Assembly: GCA_963789395.1 (NCBI GenBank)
Contig: CAWBKP010000004.1
Location: 64,001 to 128,000, forward strand
Source: an uncultured delta proteobacterium
GTDB taxonomy: Bacteria; Desulfobacterota; Desulfobacteria; Desulfobacterales; Desulfatirhabdiaceae
Direction of reading: 5' to 3'
DNA: 64,000 nucleotides
A program made the position numbers and the translations under genes. This document shows, in pieces, positions 1 to 13,178 of this stretch; within the stretch, counting starts at the first letter, position 1, and the number at the start of each line of letters is the position of its first letter. A model generated the notes under the pieces. The model ran no database searches, was not told the DNA's origin, and saw only the letters and a program-made list of their open reading frames with translations.

Positions 1-2
1 CG

Positions 3-158
3 GATGCCATTGCGTTGTGGAAACTGGCAGGCCCCCTGATCTGGGGCGTTGTGGGACTCAATGCCCTGGGCGTTCTGGTCATGCTGGGAAAGCAGCTTCT
101 GATGAATGACACCGCCCCGGAAACCGACGAATCTCATGAGGAAACGAGGCAATCATGA
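3..158 (+). CDS. 3' end of a membrane-anchored protein, probably the 4Fe-4S (beta) subunit of a molybdoenzyme complex (partial)
   Basis: Open frame from the window edge (DAIALWKLAGPLIWGVVGLNALGVLVMLGKQLL...RQS*) with one hydrophobic helix, directly upstream of a cytochrome b gene; the identity is inferred from context only. Confidence 0.4.
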   Translation, partial: DAIALWKLAGPLIWGVVGLNALGVLVMLGKQLLMNDTAPETDESHEETRQS

Positions 159-870
159 CATCCAAATTCATCGTCACACCCGGCTGTCCATTTTCATGCA
201 CTGGTTTAATGCCGGCTGCTGGATTTTTCTGCTGTTGACAGGCCTTGGCCTGATTCAAAACGATGATCTTCAGCCGTTTACATCATGGCCGATCATGCTT
301 CGGAACCTGTTCGGCGGCGGCGCAAATCTGCTTCTGTCCCATGAAATCATCGGCATTACCTGGGCAGGCGGATTTCTTTTATATGGCATCATCCGGCTGA
401 AATCCGACGTCCTTCCGTTTATCCGTGAAATTTTTACCGTGGATATCCGGCGCGATTTCCTGTGGTTGATTACCAAGGGTATCCAGATGACACTGGGGTA
501 TCGGGCGCTTGGCGTCATCGCCGAAAAATTCGGTTTCAGCCCCGGAATTCCGGATCAGGGGTTTTACAACGTCGGGCAGAAGATTTTTGCCATTCCGGCG
601 GTTTTCGGCGGAATGGTCATTGCGGCATCGGGCATCATCATGATGCTGTCCCAGATCGGCATGGTGGGTACCGCGCCGGTACAATGGGCGATCCTGATTC
701 ATTTTACCGCGGTCGGGCTGGTGTTTGCCGGGCTTCTCATTCATGTCTTCATGGCATCGATTGCCGCCGGCGAACAGCCGGCCTTTATTTCCATGTTTAC
801 CGGAACGGTTCCCGAAGATTACGCCCAGCATCATCACAAGCTCTGGCTGGATGAGCTCAAAAAGCGTTAA
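136..870 (+). CDS. Di-heme cytochrome b subunit (FdnI/PhsC-like membrane anchor)
   Basis: RH..HWFN motif, four hydrophobic segments, QGFYNVGQK motif and His pair IH...IH; exact start uncertain. Confidence 0.85.
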   Translation: MRKRGNHDIQIHRHTRLSIFMHWFNAGCWIFLLLTGLGLIQNDDLQPFTSWPIMLRNLFGGGANLLLSHEIIGITWAGGFLLYGIIRLKSDVLPFIREIFTVDIRRDFLWLITKGIQMTLGYRALGVIAEKFGFSPGIPDQGFYNVGQKIFAIPAVFGGMVIAASGIIMMLSQIGMVGTAPVQWAILIHFTAVGLVFAGLLIHVFMASIAAGEQPAFISMFTGTVPEDYAQHHHKLWLDELKKR

Positions 871-872
871 GG

Positions 873-1923
873 GTGTCTGTCATGCGATGGATGGGAATGA
901 AGATCGGGCGTTTGCCGGTTTATCCCGCAGTCCTTTTTCTGATACTGGGAATCCTGACCGCTGCCGCAGCAGGCAGCCAGGCGGAGCACCCGGCATGGTT
1001 TCAGCAGGCCAGGGATGAAGCCGGACAAGACGGGTATGAACTGATTACCGCCCCTGAACTCAAAGCCCTTTATGACTCCGGAAAAGACTTTACCATTATC
1101 GATGTCCGGCCCGAATACGAATATCGTGAGGGACATCTTTCACAGGCCAAAAGTCTGGAATTTGATCTGGGGGACAAGCTCCAACTGACGCCGGAAAAAA
1201 AAGCGGCGTTTATCGAGCTTCTGGGTCCGGACAAACAGCGACTGATCGTGATTTACTGTCGAAGCTTTGCCTGACTGCGCAGTTCCATTGCAGCCCGGTG
1301 GGCTGTGCGGCTGGGATATCAGAAGATCATCCGGCTCCCGGAAGGGTATTTTGGCTGGAAATCCGCTTTCCCGGATAAAACACACGTCTGCAGACCAACG
1401 TCAAAAAAATTGGGAATCGGGGATGATTTTCCTTCCTGCCAGCTCGTGATGCTGTATGACGAAACCGACAGGGCCTATCTGAAAATCCAGGGTCTGCAAA
1501 AAAGTTTTGCGCTGGAAGATGTGGGCTGCCAGTATCTGTATATCGTGATTTACAATGAAAAATGCCTGGCCTGCGTGGATGAGGTCAAGTCTTTCAAAAC
1601 CCTATATCAACAAATGACATGCAGACCCGTATCTTTCAGACAGGGTTAAACTCCTGGCCATCGGCGCCGGCAGCAAAAAACGCGGTGTCATGGCTTTCAA
1701 AAAAGAAAACGCCATTCCCTATCCGCTTTTCGGAGATGAAAAACGGCATATTTTCTCCTGCCTCGGAAACCCTGTGCTGCCTACGTCCTATCTGGTTCAG
1801 CTGCAGCCGGGCGGCAGGAGACAAATTCTGTTCGTTCAGCAGGATCATATTCAGGATGTCCAAATGCTTGTCCAGAAAATCAGAAGTCTCGTAAAAGACA
1901 CGGAATTTCCCAAAACAAACTGA
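873..1923 (+). CDS. Exported rhodanese-domain plus TlpA/redoxin-domain fusion protein, predicted selenoprotein (UGA 1272-1274; 1-nt frameshift near 1620)
   Basis: The rhodanese motif continues in frame across TGA (YCRSFA-U-LRSSIAARWAVRLGY...EGYFGWK). It is followed by CLAC (CxxC) and, after one extra base, ADPYLSDRVKLLAIGAG...IPYPLFGD...PTSYLV. Confidence 0.8.
1285..1310 (+). promoter_or_regulatory. Candidate bacterial SECIS hairpin
   Basis: CAGCCC-GGT-GGGCTG stem-loop (1291-1305); the loop starts with G, 22 nt after the UGA. Confidence 0.7.
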
Positions 1924-2027
1924 ACCGGACACCCATCGTTTCCGGCAAGGAACCCGGCAAAAAAGACATGCCCGATAGAAAACAACTGGTGTTTATATCT
2001 TTAACCCATTAATAAAAGAGGTAAAAA

Positions 2028-3281
2028 ATGAAACAGAAACAGCTGCACTTATGGATGATCTGTCTGGGATTAATTGCGATTGCGGTTTCCGGATGCGCCG
2101 GCACCCTGCAATCCTCGGCACCGGCTGATCAAACAGCGGCCTCGGCCGACTGGAAATTTCACGACATTGTGGGGATCGACTTCGTCAAACCGTATGTTAC
2201 CGTTCCAAAACCGGAAAACGTTCTCCTGGTGGATTCCCGACCAAAGGAAGCAAAATATGACCAGGGCCACATTCCAACGGCCATCAGCATTCCGGATTCC
2301 CATTTTGAGAAACTGACCTCTGTGCTGCCCCGGGACAAAAACACCTTGCTGATCTTTTACTGCGAGGGCCTGGAATGCAAACTCAGCCATAAATCCGCCA
2401 AAAAAGCCGAAGCCCTGGGATACACCCGGGTCAAGGTTTACGCTGAAGGCTATCCGGGCTGGATGAAGGAAAAAGATCATTACGCCGAGGTTCCGGTAGA
2501 TTTTGTTAAAAACGCCATGGACGGCAACACCGAAATGGTTCTGGTGGACTCCCGACCAAAGGAAGCCAAATATGACCAGGGCCACATTCCAACGGCCATC
2601 AGCATTCCGGATACCCATTTTGAAAAAATGACCTCTCTGCTGCCCGAAAAAAAAGAGACGCTTCTGGTGTTTTACTGCGGCGGATTCGACTGCAAGCTGA
2701 GCCATAAATCCGCATCCAAAGCCATAAAAATGGGATACAGCAATGTAAAGGTTTTTTCAGCCGGTTATCCGGCTTGGCAGGAAATGGAAGCAGGAACAGG
2801 AAAGCCGTCGGCTGTCGCACACTCCGGGATCAGGAAAGGCGGGCTGGAAGGGGCCATAGAAACCGCTGCATTTGAGAAAATCATTGCGGAAAATCCATCC
2901 AGCGTCATGCTGATTGATGTCAGAGATCCCGATGAATTCGAAAAAGGCACGTTTAAAACCGCTGTCAACATTCCTGTGGACACGCTGGAACACCATGTGA
3001 AAACGCTTCCTTCGGATAAGCCGATCGTCTTTGTCTGCGGCACCGGCGCACGAAGCGGGGAGGCGTATTATATGCTCAAGGACCTGCGGCCGGAATTAAA
3101 AGAGGTGTATTACCTGGAGGCGGAAATCAAAATCAATAAAGACGGCACCTATTCAATCACCGAACGCCAAAAAAGGATAACAGCGGCGCTGCTGGTTGTT
3201 TATCGGCCCGCACCCATCACCGGCTGTGAATTTTTGGACTTTTTGCAACGCCTCGTGTATGATAGGGATCCGTGTTGCTGA
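2028..3281 (+). CDS. Triple-rhodanese-domain lipoprotein (sulfurtransferase)
   Basis: Lipobox AVSGC; three rhodanese repeats (DSRP..YDQGHIPTA, FYCEGLEC, FYCGGFDC, FVCGTGARS). The true stop is probably near 3180 (homopolymer slip). Confidence 0.88.
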   Translation: MKQKQLHLWMICLGLIAIAVSGCAGTLQSSAPADQTAASADWKFHDIVGIDFVKPYVTVPKPENVLLVDSRPKEAKYDQGHIPTAISIPDSHFEKLTSVLPRDKNTLLIFYCEGLECKLSHKSAKKAEALGYTRVKVYAEGYPGWMKEKDHYAEVPVDFVKNAMDGNTEMVLVDSRPKEAKYDQGHIPTAISIPDTHFEKMTSLLPEKKETLLVFYCGGFDCKLSHKSASKAIKMGYSNVKVFSAGYPAWQEMEAGTGKPSAVAHSGIRKGGLEGAIETAAFEKIIAENPSSVMLIDVRDPDEFEKGTFKTAVNIPVDTLEHHVKTLPSDKPIVFVCGTGARSGEAYYMLKDLRPELKEVYYLEAEIKINKDGTYSITERQKRITAALLVVYRPAPITGCEFLDFLQRLVYDRDPCC

Positions 3282-3306
3282 TCCCTATCAACCATGAGGT
3301 ACATCC

Positions 3307-4689
3307 ATGAAACGCATAAAAATTCACAGCCTGCTTCAATCCAAAACCCCCCTGGATCCTGTCCGGATAAACGGGTGGGTCAGAACCCGCCGGGATGCCA
3401 GGGACTTTTCGTTTATTGAAGTCAATGACGGGTCCTGTCTGAAAAACATTCAGATCATCGCTCCCGGCAGTCTGCCCAATTACGACGAGATTCAGAAACT
3501 GACCACGGGTTCCGCCGTCGGCATCACCGGCAGCCTGGTTCCGTCACAGGGCAAAGGCCAGAGCTGGGAAATCACCGCAACCGGGATTTCAATCATCGGT
3601 CCGGCCCCGGAAACCTTTCCCCTCCAGAAAAAACGTCACAGCGATGAATATCTTCGCACCATCGCCCACCTCAGACCCCGAACCAACAAATACGGCGCGG
3701 TCTTTCGCATCCGCTCCGAACTGTCTTACGCCATCCACACGTTTTTCAGGGACCGGGGATTTCGCTACATCCATTCTCCCATCATCACCGGCTCGGACTG
3801 TGAGGGCGCCGGCGAAATGTTCCGGGTAACAACGCTGGATATCAAAAACCCGGATGTAACAGACAGGGGACTGGACGCCTCACGGGATTTTTTCGGGAAA
3901 GAAGCCAGCCTGACGGTCTCCGGACAGCTTTCCGCGGAAATGTTCGCGCTGGCCCTGGGGGATGTCTATACTTTCGGCCCGACCTTTCGCGCGGAAAATT
4001 CCAATACGCGTCGTCATGCCGCTGAATTCTGGATGCTGGAGCCGGAAATGGCTTTCTGCGATCTTTCCGGAAACATGGATCTTGGCGAGGAACTCATCCG
4101 GTATCTGATCCGCCATGTGCTTCGGGAATGCCCGGAAGATATGGCGCTTTTCGGAAATTTCGTGGACAAGACCCTGATGGAGACCCTGAATCACATCGTA
4201 TCTTCCGAATTTGTCCGCCTGCCGTATGGCGAAGCCGTGGAAATTCTGAAAGCCGCAACAGTGGCATTTGAATTTCCGGTGACATACGGCATTGATTTTC
4301 AATCCGAACACGAAAAATACCTGACGGAAACCCATTTCAAAAAACCGGTCATTCTCCATGACTACCCCAAAACCATCAAGCCGTTTTACATGCGGCTGAA
4401 TGCGGATCAGCAGACCGTAGCGGCCATGGATATTCTGGTTCCGGGTATCGGTGAGATCGTCGGCGGCAGTCAGCGGGAAGAGCGCCTGGATGCGCTGGAA
4501 GCCAGAATGGATGAAATGGGGCTTGTCCGGGAAAATTACTGGTGGTACCTGGATTCCAGGCGGTACGGATCGGTGCCGCACAGCGGATTTGGCATGGGAT
4601 TTGAGCGGCTGATCATGATGATCACCGGCATTACCAATATCCGCGATGTCATTCCGTTTCCCAGAACACCGGGGAATATCGATTTTTAA
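3307..4689 (+). CDS. asnS: Asparagine--tRNA ligase
   Basis: [56 protein letters not shown]. Confidence 0.97.
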   Translation: MKRIKIHSLLQSKTPLDPVRINGWVRTRRDARDFSFIEVNDGSCLKNIQIIAPGSLPNYDEIQKLTTGSAVGITGSLVPSQGKGQSWEITATGISIIGPAPETFPLQKKRHSDEYLRTIAHLRPRTNKYGAVFRIRSELSYAIHTFFRDRGFRYIHSPIITGSDCEGAGEMFRVTTLDIKNPDVTDRGLDASRDFFGKEASLTVSGQLSAEMFALALGDVYTFGPTFRAENSNTRRHAAEFWMLEPEMAFCDLSGNMDLGEELIRYLIRHVLRECPEDMALFGNFVDKTLMETLNHIVSSEFVRLPYGEAVEILKAATVAFEFPVTYGIDFQSEHEKYLTETHFKKPVILHDYPKTIKPFYMRLNADQQTVAAMDILVPGIGEIVGGSQREERLDALEARMDEMGLVRENYWWYLDSRRYGSVPHSGFGMGFERLIMMITGITNIRDVIPFPRTPGNIDF

Positions 4690-5360
4690 ACGGCTTCGTG
4701 CGTGCTTTTCATCGTGCGCAGCCGGGCCAGTTCCCAGATATAGTCGTAGAGGTGGAGTCCCTTGCTGGCGGCAATGATTTCGCCGTCCTCAACCCCGATT
4801 TCCTGGGCCATGTATTCCTTCAGCATTTGAATGGCCCCCAGGTTGGCGGGAAACCCGTTCCACAGATCCCAGGACCGGAAGTACACCATGAAATGAAGTT
4901 TTCCGTACCGGATGCGGGTGTCGATCCCCCGAAGGCAGGGCGGATCATTCAGCAGCAGGGCCTTCGGGTCTCCGACCGTCATGTAGGCCTGATTGGTGCC
5001 GTGTCCGTCCTGTCGGTACATGCGAATCACCTCGGCTATCTGGGGCTCAAGATATTCTCCGTAGGTATAGTCTTCATTGGGCTGTTTTTCCGCTGTCATC
5101 AGATACGGCAGATAGCTTTCAATATAGCCTTCCGCAACCGGGTTCGGGATGCACAGCGCCTCCGGAATGTCCGGGATCAGGGGCCTGGTTCCCGGATGTC
5201 TGATCTGGACCGTAATGTAGTCAAATTCAAGCCGCTCCTGACCTGCAAAGCTTCCCCGGTCAATCTGATAGCGGTGCCCCTTGTCTATAATCTCATAGAC
5301 GCACTGAAACCAGGCGTCCGGAATATCTCTGGCCTGAATGCTGGTGATGTTTAGAGTCAT
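4686..5360 (-). CDS. thyA: Thymidylate synthase (short ThyA type)
   Basis: YTYGE, DPPCL, YFRSWD..GFPAN, GLHLY motifs. Confidence 0.85.
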   Translation of the reverse strand: MTLNITSIQARDIPDAWFQCVYEIIDKGHRYQIDRGSFAGQERLEFDYITVQIRHPGTRPLIPDIPEALCIPNPVAEGYIESYLPYLMTAEKQPNEDYTYGEYLEPQIAEVIRMYRQDGHGTNQAYMTVGDPKALLLNDPPCLRGIDTRIRYGKLHFMVYFRSWDLWNGFPANLGAIQMLKEYMAQEIGVEDGEIIAASKGLHLYDYIWELARLRTMKSTHEAV

Positions 5361-5363
5361 GAT

Positions 5364-7814
<2,451 letters not shown>

Positions 7815-7875
7815 TTAAGGCATCCATTGCCGTAATGCCGCTACTATCGGCTATCTTGCCGGAATGACCCATGTC

Positions 7876-8994
7876 CTATATTCTCATGGGCATGATCACG
7901 CAAACATAGCTCTTGTCCGTTTCCCCCTCGATTAAACAGGGGTTTTTATCATCGATAATACTGATTACAACCTGTTCCTCTTCAATCACGGAAAGTGACT
8001 CAATAAAATACCTGGGGTTAAACGCCACTTCTATGGGAATGTCGGGATAGTGAATAAACATTTCTTCCTTGGATTCCCCGATTTCCGGATTGGTTGAAGA
8101 AATAATCATTTTGTCTTCATTGAAATTGAAAATAACGCCTTTGTAATCTTCGGTTGAAAAAATGGACATGCGTTTGAGCATCATCATGAAAAGCTGCTTG
8201 TTCAGCGTAATCTGTCTGGCTTCCGATATGAAAAGAATATCGCTTACATCGGGAAACGTGCCGTTTAGCAGCTGAATACTGACGGTTTCCTGATGCTGTT
8301 TAATAAACAGCTTGTTGTCCAGGATACCGAGCGAAAGCGATCCCTGAGGAATAATGATTTTTGAAAGTTCGTTAAATCCTTTTTTCTGAACCAGTATCGT
8401 TTTATCCAGAACGATGGCGGATTCATTGATGCAGGGATAATCCACCTTGGCCAGGCGGTTTCCGTCTGTTGAAATGATTCTCAGCCAGTTGTCGCCTTCT
8501 TTTTGAATCGTCTCCAGGCAGACCCCCAGAACATGCGGCCGTTTGTCTTCGACAGAAGCCGTCATCATGGCGGTTTTATCAATCATTTTCTTAAAATAGC
8601 GCGCTTCCATCTCGATAAAAGGAATATTTTCAATTTCCGGAACTTCCGGAAAGGAAGCCGGATTCATTCCCACAATATGATATTGAACATTATAATTGCC
8701 TATTTCTATCCAGAAATTATCGACTTCATTCACAAGAATGTCTTCTGTTGGAAAATCCCTGACAATTTCATACAATTTTCTGGCGTTTATGGCAATTGCG
8801 CCTTCCGATTCCACTTCAGCCGGATAAAAACCGATAAATCCGGTTTCATAATCGGTGACATATATTTTCAGGCCGTCCTCAAGCGCTTTTATCAGCACAC
8901 AGGATATGATGGCATTGCTTGATTTTTTTCCGGCAATTCCCTGAATTTTTGACAGCGTATCCAGAATTTTTGATTTTTTCAGTGTGAATTTCAT
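7876..8994 (-). CDS. dnaN: DNA polymerase III beta clamp
   Basis: 372 aa; STDGNRLA, AFNPRYF, C-terminal VIMPMRI. Confidence 0.95.
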   Translation of the reverse strand: MKFTLKKSKILDTLSKIQGIAGKKSSNAIISCVLIKALEDGLKIYVTDYETGFIGFYPAEVESEGAIAINARKLYEIVRDFPTEDILVNEVDNFWIEIGNYNVQYHIVGMNPASFPEVPEIENIPFIEMEARYFKKMIDKTAMMTASVEDKRPHVLGVCLETIQKEGDNWLRIISTDGNRLAKVDYPCINESAIVLDKTILVQKKGFNELSKIIIPQGSLSLGILDNKLFIKQHQETVSIQLLNGTFPDVSDILFISEARQITLNKQLFMMMLKRMSIFSTEDYKGVIFNFNEDKMIISSTNPEIGESKEEMFIHYPDIPIEVAFNPRYFIESLSVIEEEQVVISIIDDKNPCLIEGETDKSYVCVIMPMRI

Positions 8995-9114
8995 TGAATA
9001 AACCTTTCTTGGCTGTTGATGTCTTTAATAACGCTTTCAGACACCGCTGTATAACCCCTTGGCATTAATACTGTTCGGAAAATGTATGAATAAACCCGGA
9101 CGAGAAACATGTGA

Positions 9115-9639
9115 TTACTGCAGTATCCATTTTTTTATCCGGGGAACAACCCGATCATTCCATTCAGTGGACAGTCTTATTTTTACATACTGGACATATA
9201 CGGCATCCAGCCAGCCCATTATTTTATCATACAAAAAATACTTTTCCAGCAAAGCGCCTTCAATGTCATCTTTTTTTTCAATCTGGCCGGTTTCCGGCAG
9301 CCTCAGGTTGCTGATATCCAGGCTTTCTCCTTTCAAGGTAAGCTGCCACTCATTTTCTTCCTCCGCAACCCGCAGATGAATTTCCGTGACCAGCGCCCCT
9401 TTTTTAAGCGCCAGAACGCCTTCTTCCAGTCCGGCATCATCGCCCTTGATGGTAATGGTTTCCAAGGCGTCATGAACCATGTTTTGCAGCACGATCCGGT
9501 TGCCGATGGTAAAATTGACGTTTTCCCGGATAACATGGTTCAACTGGGCAGGATCATGCTCGATAACAAACCACATCCATGTCAGAAATTCATGTCCCAC
9601 GAATTTATAGCGGTTATACGCAACGGAAATATCTAACAA
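9115..9639 (-). CDS. Conserved protein resembling the C-terminal half of deltaproteobacterial RdgC
   Basis: FVGHEFLTWMWF motif, LEEGVLALKKG; tightly coupled to the upstream RdgC-like gene. Confidence 0.55.
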   Translation of the reverse strand: MLDISVAYNRYKFVGHEFLTWMWFVIEHDPAQLNHVIRENVNFTIGNRIVLQNMVHDALETITIKGDDAGLEEGVLALKKGALVTEIHLRVAEEENEWQLTLKGESLDISNLRLPETGQIEKKDDIEGALLEKYFLYDKIMGWLDAVYVQYVKIRLSTEWNDRVVPRIKKWILQ

Positions 9640-9642
9640 TAA

Positions 9643-10251
9643 TCACTCCATAAAATGAGTTGGTGTCAGTCTGTTCAGCACATCTTTCTCTAAATCCGAA
9701 AGAAATTCCATGGCAGCGGTATAGGGAAAACGGCGCACAAGATTCAGCTTGAACGTTTTGTTAAAAAAAACTTCAAATGTTTCATTGGCTGTTTTCTGGG
9801 TAGAAAAAAACCAGAGACTGGATTTTTCATAATTCCAGAGAACATCATATACATTCGGCGTTGCCGGTATTCGCAGTGACAGACCGCGAATGACATCTTC
9901 CTTTATTTGTTTTTTTTCATTTCGCGATAAAAATTCCTTGCCGCTTTCCTTCAGCCGTTTTGAAATTTCCTGACGATATCGTTTGGTCACCACTTTCGAA
10001 GGAATTGCCTTTTTATCCATTCGAAATGAAAAAATGAATTGTGTTCCCATCACAAATGTCGAACCTGTGAAATCCGGGGTAAACGGATCTTCATAAGACG
10101 TCCATCCCGCGGATTGATCCACGTCCTCATCGTCTATTTCAACAATTGCATTCTGGGTAAGAAGCCGGCCCAAGGTGTCCATTAAGGGATCAGCCAGTTG
10201 ACCCAGCACCTGATAGCGCGTTATAGAAACACTTGAAGATAAAAGTCCCAT
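9643..10251 (-). CDS. rdgC: RdgC-like recombination-associated protein (N-terminal part)
   Basis: MGLLSSSVSITRYQV, SAGWTS, FSFRMDKKAIPS, EKKQIKE motifs. Confidence 0.65.
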   Translation of the reverse strand: MGLLSSSVSITRYQVLGQLADPLMDTLGRLLTQNAIVEIDDEDVDQSAGWTSYEDPFTPDFTGSTFVMGTQFIFSFRMDKKAIPSKVVTKRYRQEISKRLKESGKEFLSRNEKKQIKEDVIRGLSLRIPATPNVYDVLWNYEKSSLWFFSTQKTANETFEVFFNKTFKLNLVRRFPYTAAMEFLSDLEKDVLNRLTPTHFME

Positions 10252-10592
10252 GGTTTTCCATAATGAAGGTAGGTTATATGAATTTTTCATTCTATCCGTT
10301 TTAGTCAGTGGTTACAAGTTCTATTTATTTACGGATACCAGACCGCCTTTGCGGGAGAACACCGGCTGTCCTTTTTATAGGATCTTCTCTTTTATTTTTT
10401 AAAAAGAACAACAGTAATAATACCCTTCCTATTGTGTTGAAAACTTTATATCATATTATAATAATTACTGATATATTGTATTTGCATTGTTCAAAACATG
10501 GATGAAACAACAGGCTTGTTTGAACAGGCTTTCACGGGTTGTTCATAACGGTCATTTTTGTTAACAAGCGGTCAGCAGATAGCGGGAAATTG

Positions 10593-11858
10593 ATGAAATT
10601 TATTGCCGATTTACATGTTCACTCGCGGTTTTCACGGGCAACAGCCAGAAACCTGGATATAGAGCTTTTGTATATGGCAGCCCAACTGAAAGGAATAACC
10701 GTTGTCGCCACAGGTGACATTACCCATCCAAAATGGTTTGCGGAAATCAGCGAAAAACTTGAACCGGCTGAACCGGGTTTGTATCGACTGAATAAAGACA
10801 GTGAAAAAAACTGTGATAAACAGGTTCCGCTATCCTGCCGCGGGGCGGTCAGGTTTATGTTGAATTCAGAAATAAGCTGTATTTATAAAAAAAAGGGAAA
10901 AACACGGAAAAACCACAATCTGGTTTTTTTTCCGGATCTGGCGGTTGCCGAATCCTTTAACCGGAAACTGGCGGAAATCGGAAATATCGTTTCGGACGGC
11001 AGGCCCATATTGGGCATGGATGCCAGAAACCTTCTTGAAATGCTTCTTGAAACCAGTGATCAGGCATTTCTGGTTCCCGCCCATATATGGACCCCCTGGT
11101 TTTCGCTTCTGGGATCCAAATCAGGTTTTGACTCCCTGAAAGACTGTTTTGAGGATCTGAGCCAGTATGTTTTTGCGGTTGAAACCGGACTTTCTTCAAA
11201 TCCCGATATGAACCGGCGGGTATCCTTTCTGGACGGGCTGACCCTGATATCCAATTCAGATGCCCATTCACCCGATAAACTGGGGAGGGAAGCCAATATT
11301 TTCAATACCGAACTGTCCTATTTCGACATAATAAACTCACTGAAGGACAGAGAGTCGCGGACATTTTTGGGAACATACGAATTTTATCCCGAGGAAGGAA
11401 AATATTTTTTTGACGGTCATCGGAGCTGCGGCATATGTTTCAGTCCGCAACTGAGCCAGAGCAGCGGCGGAATTTGTCCGGTTTGCGGCAAACCCCTTAC
11501 AATAGGGGTTATGAACCGGGTTGAAGAATTATGTGACAGAAGAGAAGGTGAAAAACCGCTGGATACCCCGCCATTTTATTCAATCATTCCCCTGAAGGAA
11601 ATGTTATCGGAAATTTTGCAAGTCGGCAGCGGTTCCATAAACGTGATGCGTCACTATCAGCAGGCGCTTCAGGTTCTGGGTCCGGAATTGGCCATCCTGG
11701 ATTCAATTGATTTATCGGAGATTGAAGCCGCCGGCATGCCGATGCTGAAAGAAGCGGTTAAAAGAATGCGCGAAGGCAGGATAAAAATTGCTCCGGGGTA
11801 TGATGGTGAATTTGGGAAAATCAAAATTTTTACGGAAGACGAAACGAAACAGTTCTAA
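10593..11858 (+). CDS. Endonuclease Q family PHP-domain protein
   Basis: ADLHVHSRFSRAT, PAHIWTPWFS, ETGLSS, SNSDAHS, GKY..DGHR.C, CPVCGK, PGYDGEFG. Confidence 0.9.
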   Translation: MKFIADLHVHSRFSRATARNLDIELLYMAAQLKGITVVATGDITHPKWFAEISEKLEPAEPGLYRLNKDSEKNCDKQVPLSCRGAVRFMLNSEISCIYKKKGKTRKNHNLVFFPDLAVAESFNRKLAEIGNIVSDGRPILGMDARNLLEMLLETSDQAFLVPAHIWTPWFSLLGSKSGFDSLKDCFEDLSQYVFAVETGLSSNPDMNRRVSFLDGLTLISNSDAHSPDKLGREANIFNTELSYFDIINSLKDRESRTFLGTYEFYPEEGKYFFDGHRSCGICFSPQLSQSSGGICPVCGKPLTIGVMNRVEELCDRREGEKPLDTPPFYSIIPLKEMLSEILQVGSGSINVMRHYQQALQVLGPELAILDSIDLSEIEAAGMPMLKEAVKRMREGRIKIAPGYDGEFGKIKIFTEDETKQF

Positions 11859-12076
11859 ATCAAAAACAAAAAAGGATTTTCCACCCAAACCCCACCACGA
11901 CGCCCCCAAATTGAAAAAGACAGGAGTTGTTTGACTTTTTACGAAAATATAAGTATTTATGCTCCAATAAGAGTAAGGTCCATTTTGGAATTTTATCTAA
12001 AACACAAAAAAAGTCTATAATAAAAACAGGTTATATAATAATAACATATTTTCTGTTTTTTTTTGTTATTGCGGAA

Positions 12077-12473
12077 ATGATAGAAGAAAACGTTATTAAG
12101 CACAATTGATCTTGAAAACGGGCTATCAATTTCAATTTTTGATGAATCAAAAAAAATTGCAGCAGACAGATGGCAGGTCAACGTGACGGCCAGAATGATA
12201 ATTGTGACGGATAAAGTGCAGTTTACCCGAATGGATCCGGAAAAAAGACTTGAAATATTACAGGTAGTCGGCGAACAGATTCATTATGAAAAAAAACTCA
12301 CGCGTAATTTTGTTGATGAGAAACATAAGGAGGAAATAATTAAAGCCCTGTATGAATCGTTTTTGCAAATTACCAGGCCGTATTTTTCTCACAGTCAGTT
12401 TGCAGAACGATTTGTTCTTAAATCCTACGCCGATTCTCTGGAAAAACGCAAATGGGTGAAAAGCTGGATGTAA
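12077..12473 (+). CDS. Conserved hypothetical protein (frameshift near 12100)
   Basis: MIEENVIK joins TIDLENGL...SKKIAADRWQV...RNFVDEK in another frame. Confidence 0.55.
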
Positions 12474-12495
12474 CCTGTTAGCGAAAGGAGAAATA

Positions 12496-13125
12496 ATGAA
12501 ATATATACAGAAAAATAGTTGGATAAGGTTATTATATACAGTTTTTACAATATTCATTTTTATTCCCTCTGCCGGCGCCGATATATACATGTTCAAAGAC
12601 ACCAGTGGCGTTCGTCATTTTACAAATGTTCCCGCGTCTCCGAAATATCGTCTGTACCTGAAAAGTACCCCCAACAAATATTTTGAATCCAGCCTGGGGG
12701 AGAAATTCTCTACAAACATCGATCCCGATCAATATGATCAACTCATCCTGAAAGCGTCCATCACGCATGATGTTGACTTTTCGTTGTTGAAATCCATTAT
12801 CAAGGTGGAATCCAATTTTGATTGTTTCGCGGTTTCCCAGAAAGGGGCAAAAGGACTGATGCAGATCATGCCGCAGAATTTTTCATTTCTGAATATCAGA
12901 AATCCCTTTGATCCCGAGCAGAATATCATGGGCGGAGCGCTTTATTTCAAACAAATGCTTGAAAAATTCAACAAAATAGAATTGGCGCTTGCCGCCTACA
13001 ATGCCGGACCCAACACCGTAGACAAGTATAACGGCATTCCACCGATTTCGGAAACAAAAGGATATGTCAAGCGGGTGATGTCCCATTACAAAAACATGTC
13101 CGGCAGCAAAAAGAAGTCGGTATAG
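12496..13125 (+). CDS. Lytic transglycosylase (SLT domain, DUF4124-like N-terminus)
   Basis: IKVESNF, AVSQKGAKGLMQIMP, ALAAYNAG, ETKGYV; signal peptide. Confidence 0.92.
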   Translation: MKYIQKNSWIRLLYTVFTIFIFIPSAGADIYMFKDTSGVRHFTNVPASPKYRLYLKSTPNKYFESSLGEKFSTNIDPDQYDQLILKASITHDVDFSLLKSIIKVESNFDCFAVSQKGAKGLMQIMPQNFSFLNIRNPFDPEQNIMGGALYFKQMLEKFNKIELALAAYNAGPNTVDKYNGIPPISETKGYVKRVMSHYKNMSGSKKKSV

Positions 13126-13178
13126 AAGGGAGTGGGGGTTTATTGACGGCATGATTGTGGTAAGAATGATATGGCAAG

